In this document: positions 35,558 through 45,253 of the stretch, piece by piece
How positions within the stretch are numbered: position 1 is the stretch's first letter
Layout of the letters: each line of letters opens with the position of its first letter
Source: a virus
Lineage: Duplodnaviria > Caudoviricetes
Length of the DNA stretch: 64,000 bases
Strand: one strand, 5' to 3'
Virus record (IMG/VR): IMGVR_UViG_3300028914_001625
Location: 18,751 to 82,750 of that record
Program-made: the position numbers and the translations under genes
The notes under the pieces: generated by a model
What the model was told of the DNA's origin: nothing
Seen by the model: the letters and a program-made list of their open reading frames with translations, nothing else
Databases searched by the model: none

Positions 35558-36997
35558 TTATTCGGCAGGCGTAATAAAGTAATTTCTAGCAAGAGTTACG
35601 ATAGGCGGTGGGTAATCATATCGGCCAGGCTCCTGTGAATGAGATCTGTCGCATGTTTGGAGCCACTGCATACTCTTGCTTGATTGGTAGTTGTGTGTAT
35701 GAACTGCACTGAATGATACCGTTGATTGTGATCCCCAGTCATAAGTTTCAAGGTCAGCAATCTTTTCATCAATGGTCATCTCTCTGTAAACCAAATCATG
35801 CCCTTGGCAAGACTGTTTTGTTGGGAAATAACCTGTGCCATCGCCCCAGACCATAGAACCATCTTGATAATCTGTCGTTCCTGAAGGACCACCTGCATAA
35901 TAGACGTATCTTGGCTGACCCGTGTGAGGCAGGATCTTAATCTGGATTGCATCGCCCGCATAAGCTTTATTACGAAGCGTCAACTCATTCTGTGTAATGA
36001 GATAAACCATCTCGCCTATGTAAGCAGCGTTATCACCAGGCACGTAGCTGTTTGCTTTATAGTGTGGAAGGAACATAAAGTTTTTGTCCTTTATGTAGTA
36101 GACATCATTCTGAATCTTTCTTGCTTCCTTCTTAAGGTCATAGTACTTCAAATATCCATGACTTACTGGGTCAAAAGCACCACCACCGATTCGTGTACAT
36201 CCTTTAACACCAATAGCAATCCAACCATTAGCGCCGTAATATGTTCTTGAGTTATGTGTGCTTTCAATGTATCTTGTCAAACCATCGCCACTAATGACTG
36301 ACTCAAAGCCAAGATAAGCATCTTGATTAAAGTTAACCTGAAATTCAACTTCTTCATAATTGCTTAAGCTGCCACTTCTTGGAACGACGCTGAAACCTGC
36401 AGGTGCATTACAATTTTCAACTGACATGTCAGTTCTATGTGTGCCTTGTTGGTCCGACCATTTACCGCGTAATACTGGACTGTTAGTGCAGATTCGTCCG
36501 CAGTTTGTATGAAGATAGTAAGGAATATCGCCGTCTAAGTATGTAAATGTTTCAGGAACACCGTTAGCACTAAAGCAGCTATACATTTCCCAGTCACGAA
36601 AATAATCGTTATTCTTCATAGCGTCCCAGCAGTCTGAGATGTATCGTCTTACAGATTCTTCATCACAACTCCAAGCGTTGTTGGTTGAAGTACTTCCAGG
36701 ATATCCGTCATACATTTGCGGTGTAGACCAGTTATCAAACATGTAGTAGTCATCACTTGTAGCACGTCTATAAGAATAGAATGTGTTATCATTTTCATGC
36801 TTATACGCATTCTTAACGACCAAGCAGTTATCTTCTTTCTTTAGAAAATCAGCAAAATAGAAAGGATGATACTGAAGAGTATGCGATGTCCAACCACCAG
36901 TTGGGTGGTCGCCAACTATATCGTCATGGCCTCCAGTTTTGTGAATGACCATTGCATCTACTGCTTTATTATTTTGTGTTTTCTTAAATTCTGCCAT
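35558..36997 (-). CDS. putative tail tip/receptor-binding protein, 479 aa
   Basis: Aromatic/Gly/Asn-rich; immediately downstream of a fibre gene. Confidence 0.55.
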   Translation of the reverse strand: MAEFKKTQNNKAVDAMVIHKTGGHDDIVGDHPTGGWTSHTLQYHPFYFADFLKKEDNCLVVKNAYKHENDNTFYSYRRATSDDYYMFDNWSTPQMYDGYPGSTSTNNAWSCDEESVRRYISDCWDAMKNNDYFRDWEMYSCFSANGVPETFTYLDGDIPYYLHTNCGRICTNSPVLRGKWSDQQGTHRTDMSVENCNAPAGFSVVPRSGSLSNYEEVEFQVNFNQDAYLGFESVISGDGLTRYIESTHNSRTYYGANGWIAIGVKGCTRIGGGAFDPVSHGYLKYYDLKKEARKIQNDVYYIKDKNFMFLPHYKANSYVPGDNAAYIGEMVYLITQNELTLRNKAYAGDAIQIKILPHTGQPRYVYYAGGPSGTTDYQDGSMVWGDGTGYFPTKQSCQGHDLVYREMTIDEKIADLETYDWGSQSTVSFSAVHTHNYQSSKSMQWLQTCDRSHSQEPGRYDYPPPIVTLARNYFITPAE

Positions 36998-37008
36998 AAT
37001 AAATTCAC

Positions 37009-38313
37009 TTAAATGAGATAGAAAGTATTGTCCTCAAGTGTAGATGGTATTTCTGATACAACTTGTAATCTATGTCCAGCTAAAGCAATGTCATTAGCCT
37101 TTCGTGCATACATTTCGCAGCTAGGCGTAGAACTATCAGGATCTCTGAAAAGTTCAATATGAACAATTTCTGGAGCGCCATCATTATAAAGTGTTTTCAA
37201 AACATCTTTATAACCATCTCTAGTACTTATCTTAAATGCAGGCATAGCGCTTGTATGCATGAATTCTGTATCAGCATAAGCTGAGTATTCATTAAACCCA
37301 GTCTTAGACATGTACATGCTTAAAGTATTGTCTATTGTGCTCTTGTTATAGTAGTCTCCAAACTTTGTAGTCAACTGGCTGTTGCTTGATGTCTCTGTTT
37401 TCTTATAGTAGTCAGAAGAACAAGATTTAGGCCAGTATGTAGCTGCTGCATCGGTCTTAGTCAAATAAAAGTTAAGTTCAGTTTTATCAGCCTTTGCTGC
37501 AATCATCGTGTTGATTTCAGCAGTCGAGTAATAAGCAGGCATAGAACCTACAACGGTGAACGAATCAAATGGCACATCGCCAGTAGTCTTCTTATTACCA
37601 GTATACTTATAGTAAGTCATTTGGTCTTGGTTATCGCCGCCGCTCAAAACCTTAATGATAGCGTTTCTTGTAAGAACGCCGCCGGCAGGAATATGGTAAG
37701 GACTAATATCAGATACATGACCTACAACGTCAGCAACGTCAGAGCCTGCATCAATAGCGTCAATCTGGCTCTGAAGATCTGCACTTGCTGATTTAAGTCC
37801 ACCAATATCAGAAGTATGCGTTGTAAGCGTAGATGCTACATCAGCACTCCATGTATTGATTCCATTTCTCCAACCGTTTATGTCAGTTCTGAACTCAGAG
37901 AACTGTCCTGAAACATACTCGATCTTTGGGTTATATTCGTTCTGTGCAGTTGTCAATGCATAAGCACTGCATGCTCTTGCATAAGCAGAAAGATCTGTAT
38001 CTCCTTGGATTCTAGCATTCTTTTCTGTTATGATAGCGTTATCCAAGTATGCGCTTGCTTCATTGAGTTGCTGAACAATCGCATTGTCATAATTTTCTCT
38101 AGCAGTTGCTTCGTCAGTAATAGCCTGTCTCAAAGCAGCAGCAGATGCAACAAGTTTTCCTTCAAGTGCATCGATGAACATACCTAACTGTTCATCATTA
38201 CCGTTAAGAACGTCAAATGTATTACGCTGCATCCACTGGCCGTCAGCTACAGTGCTGCGGTGCCATCTAGCAGGCTCATGCTGTTGGATATATTCTTGTG
38301 CATCATTTGCCAT
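37009..38313 (-). CDS. tail fibre-like protein (coiled-coil N-half), 434 aa
   Basis: Heptad-rich E..AR segments, Y.KTE repeats, C-terminal DNTFYLI. Confidence 0.7.
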   Translation of the reverse strand: MANDAQEYIQQHEPARWHRSTVADGQWMQRNTFDVLNGNDEQLGMFIDALEGKLVASAAALRQAITDEATARENYDNAIVQQLNEASAYLDNAIITEKNARIQGDTDLSAYARACSAYALTTAQNEYNPKIEYVSGQFSEFRTDINGWRNGINTWSADVASTLTTHTSDIGGLKSASADLQSQIDAIDAGSDVADVVGHVSDISPYHIPAGGVLTRNAIIKVLSGGDNQDQMTYYKYTGNKKTTGDVPFDSFTVVGSMPAYYSTAEINTMIAAKADKTELNFYLTKTDAAATYWPKSCSSDYYKKTETSSNSQLTTKFGDYYNKSTIDNTLSMYMSKTGFNEYSAYADTEFMHTSAMPAFKISTRDGYKDVLKTLYNDGAPEIVHIELFRDPDSSTPSCEMYARKANDIALAGHRLQVVSEIPSTLEDNTFYLI

Positions 38314-38330
38314 AATCTTTTACCTCTAGA

Positions 38331-38969
38331 TTATTTATCTTCTTCAGCGGTATAGAAGAAGTCCTCGGAAGTTGCGTAAGTAATCGCATCAGCTGCATCA
38401 AGCATGTCTTCATACTTTTGAAGTCTTTCAGGTGTTAAGAATGAGTCAGGCTCAACTGTCTTAAGCACCATCTTTGCTTCACGGAATGAACCTGTCTGTA
38501 CTAAAGCAATTACAGTCAAGAGCTTTTGAGCAATCTCAAGTGGTGTGATATCCTTGAAGTCTGTAAAGATACATTCTTCACGGAACAATGAAATGAATTC
38601 ATTACCGATGTTGATGTTATACTCGACTTCACCAGCAACGCCGTCTATAGAATTTAAGCGTGTTACGTTATTATTATACTCAACTTCAAAACGATACTTA
38701 TCAACTGGCTTACCCATAAAGTCAAGTACTTCATGTTCTTCATAATCTACAAGAACATCCGGTGCATATTTTATCCAGAACTCTTTAGAGTTATATGCAC
38801 ATTTTCCGTCAACATAAACAATGCGTGAAATGTATTTCATATCAAGATCCTGTGTTATGAAAAAATCTTCTTCTTTGTAGGTTGAATTTTCAATCCAATC
38901 TTTTGCTTGTTTTAGATTACCAAACTGTCCTTGTAATAGCCAGTTGCTTTTCTTTATAACAAAAATCAT
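38331..38969 (-). CDS. putative tail-fibre assembly chaperone, 212 aa
   Basis: Position among fibre genes; C-terminal LVQTGSFREA...DSFLTPERLQKY pattern. Confidence 0.5.
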   Translation of the reverse strand: MIFVIKKSNWLLQGQFGNLKQAKDWIENSTYKEEDFFITQDLDMKYISRIVYVDGKCAYNSKEFWIKYAPDVLVDYEEHEVLDFMGKPVDKYRFEVEYNNNVTRLNSIDGVAGEVEYNINIGNEFISLFREECIFTDFKDITPLEIAQKLLTVIALVQTGSFREAKMVLKTVEPDSFLTPERLQKYEDMLDAADAITYATSEDFFYTAEEDK

Positions 38970-39628
38970 ACTTGTACTCCATTTACCTCGGCTTTAATTT
39001 TATGATCATTATGGCTAGTTAACATGGATAATATATTAGTGTTTTGTTGTAAATAATAATCTTCACCGATAAATTCAGCATAATCTCCAGTTGCATTAGA
39101 ATATACTAGTGGGACCCAATAATCACTTGTATATGCTGTACCGAAATAGATATAATAATCTGTTCCTTCTTCAACAGGTATATTTAAATTATCTTTATAT
39201 AATGTATATACTGTTTTACTAGTGCCATTTACTATTAATGTATCAGTGGAATACGAAGGACTAACACCCTGATGCATCTCGTAAATAGTATCTCCTGTCG
39301 ATGCGTTTAAAATTTTTATTACTTCATTATAATTATTATGATCAGAATTTGACCATAATTTTAAACTTGTAATTGATGATGAAGTTGCATGATATTTAAA
39401 TAAAATTTTCTGCGATGTATTAAACGCATCACTATATTCATCACCTCCAGGTGAATGATCTCTTTTCCAAACCAATTTAGCAGTCACACCATCTGGACAC
39501 CAATATACTTCTTTTACACTTCTGCTAACATTATTGTGATCTCGCCAGTATATGTTTCTTACAAGTTTTGATGTAAGAGTAGAATCTGGCGCTACCAGAA
39601 CGATGTTATCCAAATCACCAGCTGCCAT
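38966..39628 (-). CDS. putative small receptor-binding/fibre-tip protein, AT-rich, 220 aa
   Basis: N-terminal SVKEVYW...LVWKR; markedly AT-rich coding body. Confidence 0.6.
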   Translation of the reverse strand: MAAGDLDNIVLVAPDSTLTSKLVRNIYWRDHNNVSRSVKEVYWCPDGVTAKLVWKRDHSPGGDEYSDAFNTSQKILFKYHATSSSITSLKLWSNSDHNNYNEVIKILNASTGDTIYEMHQGVSPSYSTDTLIVNGTSKTVYTLYKDNLNIPVEEGTDYYIYFGTAYTSDYWVPLVYSNATGDYAEFIGEDYYLQQNTNILSMLTSHNDHKIKAEVNGVQV

Positions 39629-39630
39629 TA

Positions 39631-41706
39631 TTATACCTCATAAACAAAATAGTAAGTATTAGGAGTCAAAGTGACATTATTCATATCAGTGCAGTTAACG
39701 AATCCAGCACCGATAGTGAACTGGCCATCCGCATTCTTTGCGATTAAGTAGTTAGGACCAGATACCAAGTTTGCATTGCCAGATGTTGTCATCGCATCGC
39801 AAGATGATTTAGTCGGGTTAAGAATTTGTGTTTCCGGACAGTCATTTCCATTATTCTTTGCTCGAGCAAAAAGCTGTCCTTTATTAGTTGGAGTAAATTC
39901 TACTTGCATTTCATTGTTAGAATTTAAATCACCAACATTTCCACCTTGTGTATATTTTAAGAAACCACGATACATGCCAGGACCGCCAACGCCCATCCAA
40001 GTAGTACCCATTGCAGTGTTATTCTGTCCAAAGTTTGCCTCGGACTGTCTTGATGCACCGACTAATGAAGCAGCTGATGCAACAGCAAGGATGTTCTGAC
40101 CGGTTGCAGCACTAAAGTTTGTTCTTCCTGTTACAGTTCCACCAGAAAGCGGCAAGTAGTCACCACCGCTTTGAATCTCCGTCCAAGCGTGTGTATCATA
40201 ATCCCAACCATATTGTTTAGTAGCAGCCATGCCAGTTTCATCGATGCCAAACAAGTTTCCAGCACCAGAAGCACCGATACCAGAGAATGCATGCTGTGCT
40301 GAGTTACAATGAACATATTTAATTGCTGCATGTATTTCATCAGCAATTAACCCATCTAAACCTATCTGTGTAGTAGCACCATTACCGCTTATAGTAGTTC
40401 CGTCAGTACTTACTGTCTTTAAGAAGTCACTTGAAGCAGTCTTGTATGCTAAAGCAACATTGTATGCTTCTTCCCAATGATCTGTATAAGTCTTCTTCAA
40501 ACCGAGAGCATTCTGGAAAGTACCATTACCTGAGAAGAATGTTGTGTCAGGTGTAATTGGAAGTTCTGACTGCAACTGGACCCACGAGTTATCTCGCCAG
40601 CCGTAATAAGCACCAGCAATAGTTGATGCTGGTTTCTTTACGAAGTCACCTGATGCATTCACATAAGCATTAGCAATTTCCTTTGCAGAATCCCAAGCAT
40701 CAGTAAATGACTTCTTAATGCCGATAGCGTTATTAGTAGTGCCATCACCAGAAAGGTATGTATTATCAACTTCAACTTGATACATGCCTTCTTCCAATTC
40801 AGCCCAACCTGTGCTCTTCATCACATACTGCTTACCAGCTTCAACGCCTTCCATCGTGATGAAGTCGCCAGATGTACTATCCCAAATTGTCTTATCAAGT
40901 TTTGCTGATACATCATTCCAACCTGCGGAAGCGGCTGCAAGAACAGGCACTTTTGCCAAAGCTGTTTGTGTATCTGTATCAAGCGCTACATTAAAGTTAT
41001 CGCCTGTTCTTACAACATCAATGCCGGTACCTTCTGAAACGGTAAAGCTAGCGCCTTCTCCGTTAGTACCATTATAAATGTTTATGCTTTCCGTCTGGCC
41101 TCCTTCTGGACCATACTGGAATGTAAGTTTATAACCACCACGACTATCTACAGATGTCGGAATAACTTCAGCACTTACAGTAGGTGAGAAACCATCAGTA
41201 CCATTATTACCCGAAGTAATCAAGTCAAGATTTTTCCAACCTTGTTCGCCTTCACCAACATATTCCCACTGGAACATCGAGTCGGTTTCACGAACTCTGA
41301 ATGTAGGTGTTCTACCAGCTTCACCGCGTTCACCTTCAGGTCCCTGAGAACCAGATGTAATCATACCTGTATCAGTCCAACCAGATGTAGCATCTTCATA
41401 CTTCCAAAGGAAATGAGAATTTTCTGGGTCAATACTGATAACTGGTGTTCTACCATTTACACCATCAGCACCAGGGTCACCGTCTTGTCCTCTAACAACA
41501 TATTCATCAGGAGTAGAAACGCTCTTGCTTAATGTCCAGGACATTCTACCATTTGCGTCCACACTTGGTCGCCAGTATGAATAGTCGCTATATCCAGCTG
41601 AGATAATAGGATAAAGCGTTTCACGAATTACGTCTATCTCCTCAGGAGACAAATCGTAAGAATGATTTGTTAAAATCTTATTAAAAGAATTAAGTCTTGT
41701 GCTCAT
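39631..41706 (-). CDS. collagen-like tail fibre protein, 691 aa
   Basis: G-X-Y runs (GQDGDPGADGVNG, GSQGPEGERGEAG), repeated SG(D/N)GT hinges, C-terminal PNTYYFVYEV. Confidence 0.8.
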   Translation of the reverse strand: MSTRLNSFNKILTNHSYDLSPEEIDVIRETLYPIISAGYSDYSYWRPSVDANGRMSWTLSKSVSTPDEYVVRGQDGDPGADGVNGRTPVISIDPENSHFLWKYEDATSGWTDTGMITSGSQGPEGERGEAGRTPTFRVRETDSMFQWEYVGEGEQGWKNLDLITSGNNGTDGFSPTVSAEVIPTSVDSRGGYKLTFQYGPEGGQTESINIYNGTNGEGASFTVSEGTGIDVVRTGDNFNVALDTDTQTALAKVPVLAAASAGWNDVSAKLDKTIWDSTSGDFITMEGVEAGKQYVMKSTGWAELEEGMYQVEVDNTYLSGDGTTNNAIGIKKSFTDAWDSAKEIANAYVNASGDFVKKPASTIAGAYYGWRDNSWVQLQSELPITPDTTFFSGNGTFQNALGLKKTYTDHWEEAYNVALAYKTASSDFLKTVSTDGTTISGNGATTQIGLDGLIADEIHAAIKYVHCNSAQHAFSGIGASGAGNLFGIDETGMAATKQYGWDYDTHAWTEIQSGGDYLPLSGGTVTGRTNFSAATGQNILAVASAASLVGASRQSEANFGQNNTAMGTTWMGVGGPGMYRGFLKYTQGGNVGDLNSNNEMQVEFTPTNKGQLFARAKNNGNDCPETQILNPTKSSCDAMTTSGNANLVSGPNYLIAKNADGQFTIGAGFVNCTDMNNVTLTPNTYYFVYEV

Positions 41707-41722
41707 GTTTCAATCCTTTATC

Positions 41723-44700
41723 TTAAACTGTCTTAACGCGGTTTCTTATCTGCATGAAGAATCTTGGAACCTCTGGGAGCTCGTGGAAGTTATAGTCACC
41801 AGCCCATGAACCCCAACCAAAATTGTTGAATGACAAGTCATTCATGTCGTTAGGCCATGAATCTTTACCTTTAATGTAATGTCCAGTCTGCAAATAACCA
41901 CCAATGTTAGCTTGGTCAAGTGTCAACTGAGGTACTGCATTGAATGTATTATTCTGTCCATAACCCGGGCAAGATGCAAGCAAAATGTTGCTTCCAGAAT
42001 CAACAGGAACATAAATAGCAGCATAATACAAGCAACCAGATTTAAGTTCTTTATCAGTCTCACCCAAATTGTTGAAGTGCTTGATAGTAAATTCATTTAA
42101 GCCTTGCTTAAGGTTGACAGGACCAGTATCACATTTAGGAACGGTACGTCCCCATTCATGTGTTTGTTCATTATAGTAAGATGGGTCATATTCATATAGA
42201 CCGAGGATGATATTTGACTGATCCCAAACTTGCTTACTATAAACACCTATAACCGATTCATAATCTTGGCTATCATTAGGTCCGTAAAGTGTGCTGTTAA
42301 TCGGCACAGCGAACAAGAATCCAAGGAGAACACCTGAATGAGTTGTGCTGCCTTGGTTAGCAAAATCAGTTACGCCTGCAATGTTAGCATAGTCAAAGTT
42401 AACAGTTACCTTTGTCTGAAGGTCACTTTCCATCTTCTGAACTTCCTGAATAACTTCTTCAGTTACTTCGTTAAGTTCAAGAGTACCTTCAAGAGCTCCA
42501 GATTCAATGATCTTTAAACCATTACCGGCCTTAACCCTTAATGTGTTAGTTGCTTGGTCAATCTCAAGACCGCCACCAGCATTAACATTGATAGAGTTAG
42601 TGTCAGGCGAGATGGAAATTGCTTCACCATCAATGTAGGTTGTTCCAGCGCCGCCTATAAGTTGTGCGATAGATGTTATCTGTTCATGAATGTTGATGTT
42701 CTGAATTTCATAATCAGTTCTAACGCCTGCAGGTAAACCAGTGACTGAAATACCAAACTTCTTTCTGCTATCAATCTTTACGTCAAATGAAAGTTCAATA
42801 GTCTCAGTGTGCTGGTAAGTGTTTTCAACTTCACGTGTTACAGTAGGACGCTGCAAAACAGTGCTTCCAATCTTTGGAGCAACTTGAATTGTGTAATTAC
42901 CAACCGCGTCATCATAGATGTTAGCAGGAACGACAATGTTGACCTGTGTATCAATGTGGAAGATACCTGGGTTAAGGTAAATCTCGTTGGTTGTAGTGTC
43001 ATACTCAATAGTGTCGCCATAAAGCTCAGACTTGTTGTAATAGTTTTCACCATCATTAAGCATCTGATAGAATCTACCGAATGAAACGACGGCATCAGAA
43101 AGACCAATTACCCATTCACCAGTTTCTTCATTCTTTTCAGCGCTAATACCACGATGTGCTGAAATTTGAGTTACATCACCAGGTTCAACGTGAAGTGTAT
43201 ACTTGTATGTACCATCTTGAAGTATTTCTCTGTCAATGTCAACAGTTTCGTCTGCTGAAAGAACGGTATTATGGAAACCGCTTACTGCAGAAGTCAAAGC
43301 ATAAGGCTTAAGAGCTTCTTCAAGTTCATGTTCATCTACAAAGTCGCCGCTGAACGATACGATATGATTTTCAATTTTGATACCGTCTGCACCAGAATAT
43401 CCCTGAAGATCCCAATTAGCACTTGCTGCACTTGAGATGAAATTCTGTTCAACCCATTCTTCTGAAGCAAGTCCTTCAAGGTCTTCAGTCTTTGCATACT
43501 TTGCGAATTCTTCAGAAAGCTGGTCTGCAGCGCTTGTATTATCTTTGGTATAACGATTATCGAGCGCAGAAGCAATATCAGCGCTATAAGCGTTAAAATC
43601 AGTTTTATCAAGTTTGGCACTTACTTCATTCCAATTGCCTGAGAAGTTGCTTACCAATCTATAAGCCTCGTTCCAATCTGCGCTTGCAGTCTTGAACGGT
43701 TCAATAGACTGTTCAGTAAGGAATGTGCCATTTGCCCAAGCAGAAGTTAAACGGAACTGTTCATTTACATCCGCAGTCTTTGCGTAAGGCACAAGAGCAG
43801 CGCTTGTAATGAACTTGCCGTTTGCCCATGCTGAGATTTCTTCTGCTTTATCAGTCAATTCTTGCTTTGTAGCATAGTCGCCTTTCAACTGATATCTTGT
43901 ATCTGCTTCTGCAGAAGTAATGAAGTCTTCAATCTTCTGGTCAATCGTTGACTTATTGTAATAGTCGTCAAGAGCATTTGCCGAAAGGTAATCTCCCTTC
44001 GGTTGATAGTTAGCGCTTACCCATGACTGCTTAGCATATTGGGTGATTCTTGCGTCCCATTCATCTTCAGTAACATAGTCTTCAAGTTCAAGCGATGTGG
44101 TGCCAATACAAACCCAATCATTGCTCAACCAAATCCATTCTGAATAGTTGTCTTTTCTGCTATCAGATTCTTTTGTCAAGAAGATGTACTTACCGCGTTC
44201 AGCAACAGGCACATCAGTTTCTGGCTTCTGTGTCTGTGGGTTATATGTAGCGAGCTTATATCCACCAAGTTGAGAGATGAGATGTTCTACTTCTTCCTTG
44301 GTATAATAATTTTCTGCAAGAGTGTTGCTGAGTGCTTGAAGTTCTTCAGGTGTAGCGAACCAAGTACCGATAATCTTAATCTTATGGTTACTGTCTACAT
44401 CAATCTTTTGACCGTCACCTGAGTAAGGAGTAACATCCCAGTTCTGTGTTCTTGAATTGAACTGAGCGTTAGTCATGTAGTCACCAGCTGGCTGATAATC
44501 GCCTTTAGGCTGGAATCTTTGGTCAGAAACTGTCTTACTGTAATAATTTTCATTGACCCAAGGCTTTGTAGCATAGTCTCCAGACGGTGCTGTGCGAGCA
44601 AAGTTTTGGTCAACCCAAGCAGAAGTTGCAAGATCATTGAAATTCTTCACGCCAAGTGGACTTGCGGAAGTACCGTTACCTGACAATGAAACAGTGTCAG

Positions 44701-44746
44701 TCTTAGCAGGTCCTATCGCTAAAATTTTACCTTCGTGTACAAGCAT
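41723..44746 (-). CDS. long tail fibre-like protein, 1007 aa
   Basis: SGNGTSASPLGV motif, repeated GDY and W(V/A)xxx(F/Y) units, beta-rich C-terminal head; late promoter upstream. Confidence 0.75.
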   Translation of the reverse strand: MLVHEGKILAIGPAKTDTVSLSGNGTSASPLGVKNFNDLATSAWVDQNFARTAPSGDYATKPWVNENYYSKTVSDQRFQPKGDYQPAGDYMTNAQFNSRTQNWDVTPYSGDGQKIDVDSNHKIKIIGTWFATPEELQALSNTLAENYYTKEEVEHLISQLGGYKLATYNPQTQKPETDVPVAERGKYIFLTKESDSRKDNYSEWIWLSNDWVCIGTTSLELEDYVTEDEWDARITQYAKQSWVSANYQPKGDYLSANALDDYYNKSTIDQKIEDFITSAEADTRYQLKGDYATKQELTDKAEEISAWANGKFITSAALVPYAKTADVNEQFRLTSAWANGTFLTEQSIEPFKTASADWNEAYRLVSNFSGNWNEVSAKLDKTDFNAYSADIASALDNRYTKDNTSAADQLSEEFAKYAKTEDLEGLASEEWVEQNFISSAASANWDLQGYSGADGIKIENHIVSFSGDFVDEHELEEALKPYALTSAVSGFHNTVLSADETVDIDREILQDGTYKYTLHVEPGDVTQISAHRGISAEKNEETGEWVIGLSDAVVSFGRFYQMLNDGENYYNKSELYGDTIEYDTTTNEIYLNPGIFHIDTQVNIVVPANIYDDAVGNYTIQVAPKIGSTVLQRPTVTREVENTYQHTETIELSFDVKIDSRKKFGISVTGLPAGVRTDYEIQNINIHEQITSIAQLIGGAGTTYIDGEAISISPDTNSINVNAGGGLEIDQATNTLRVKAGNGLKIIESGALEGTLELNEVTEEVIQEVQKMESDLQTKVTVNFDYANIAGVTDFANQGSTTHSGVLLGFLFAVPINSTLYGPNDSQDYESVIGVYSKQVWDQSNIILGLYEYDPSYYNEQTHEWGRTVPKCDTGPVNLKQGLNEFTIKHFNNLGETDKELKSGCLYYAAIYVPVDSGSNILLASCPGYGQNNTFNAVPQLTLDQANIGGYLQTGHYIKGKDSWPNDMNDLSFNNFGWGSWAGDYNFHELPEVPRFFMQIRNRVKTV

Positions 44747-44783
44747 GAAAACCTCTTGAAGCAGATATAAATTCTATTTTTAG

Positions 44784-44791
44784 TATTTATA
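44784..44791 (-). promoter_or_regulatory. T4-type late promoter TATAAATA
   Basis: Exact motif heading the tail-fibre operon. Confidence 0.7.
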
Positions 44792-44807
44792 CAAGAAAAG
44801 ACAACGC

Positions 44808-45236
44808 TTAATGCGTTGTCCATTCCGAATTTGCTTCAAGAATTTCAACTTTCCGAAGATCTCTTTTCTTCTTTTTCTCTCCAGGAATAGTTCTATTTGT
44901 CAAAATGTTCAGAAACTGTTTAATATCTCCTTTTTGTCCCGCTTGCCATGAATATCCGGGTACTTTAGAGCCGTTTATTTCTATCAGTCCAGTATACCAT
45001 TGAACTCGCCAAAAAACCCGTTGGAGGTCATTCGCGAAGAAGGTAATGGAGCCTAAATTTTCCTCTTCCGACATGCCAAAAAAGACTGCTACAGAGCAGT
45101 CTATTCTTTCTTCAGCATTAGGGTCTAAATCATTCCTAATAGAGACATGCAATCCAAAGAACTCAGCGGTCTTCTGAAATGCTTCTACATATTTGGAGAT
45201 AACCTCAATGTTGTGAATGTATGGCTGTATGTCCAT
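44808..45236 (-). CDS. hypothetical protein, C-terminal-motif array member (..RDLRKVEILEANSEWTTH)
   Basis: ORF; shares the C-terminal motif with the 46.6-61.8 kb genes. Confidence 0.75.
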   Translation of the reverse strand: MDIQPYIHNIEVISKYVEAFQKTAEFFGLHVSIRNDLDPNAEERIDCSVAVFFGMSEEENLGSITFFANDLQRVFWRVQWYTGLIEINGSKVPGYSWQAGQKGDIKQFLNILTNRTIPGEKKKKRDLRKVEILEANSEWTTH

Positions 45237-45253
45237 ACATTATTTATCATTTC

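Noticed and set aside
35558-44746. Diversity-generating retroelement acting on tail fibres
   Set aside because: No reverse transcriptase and no TR/VR-like ~100-bp near-duplicate seen in the window (cannot exclude one elsewhere in the genome).
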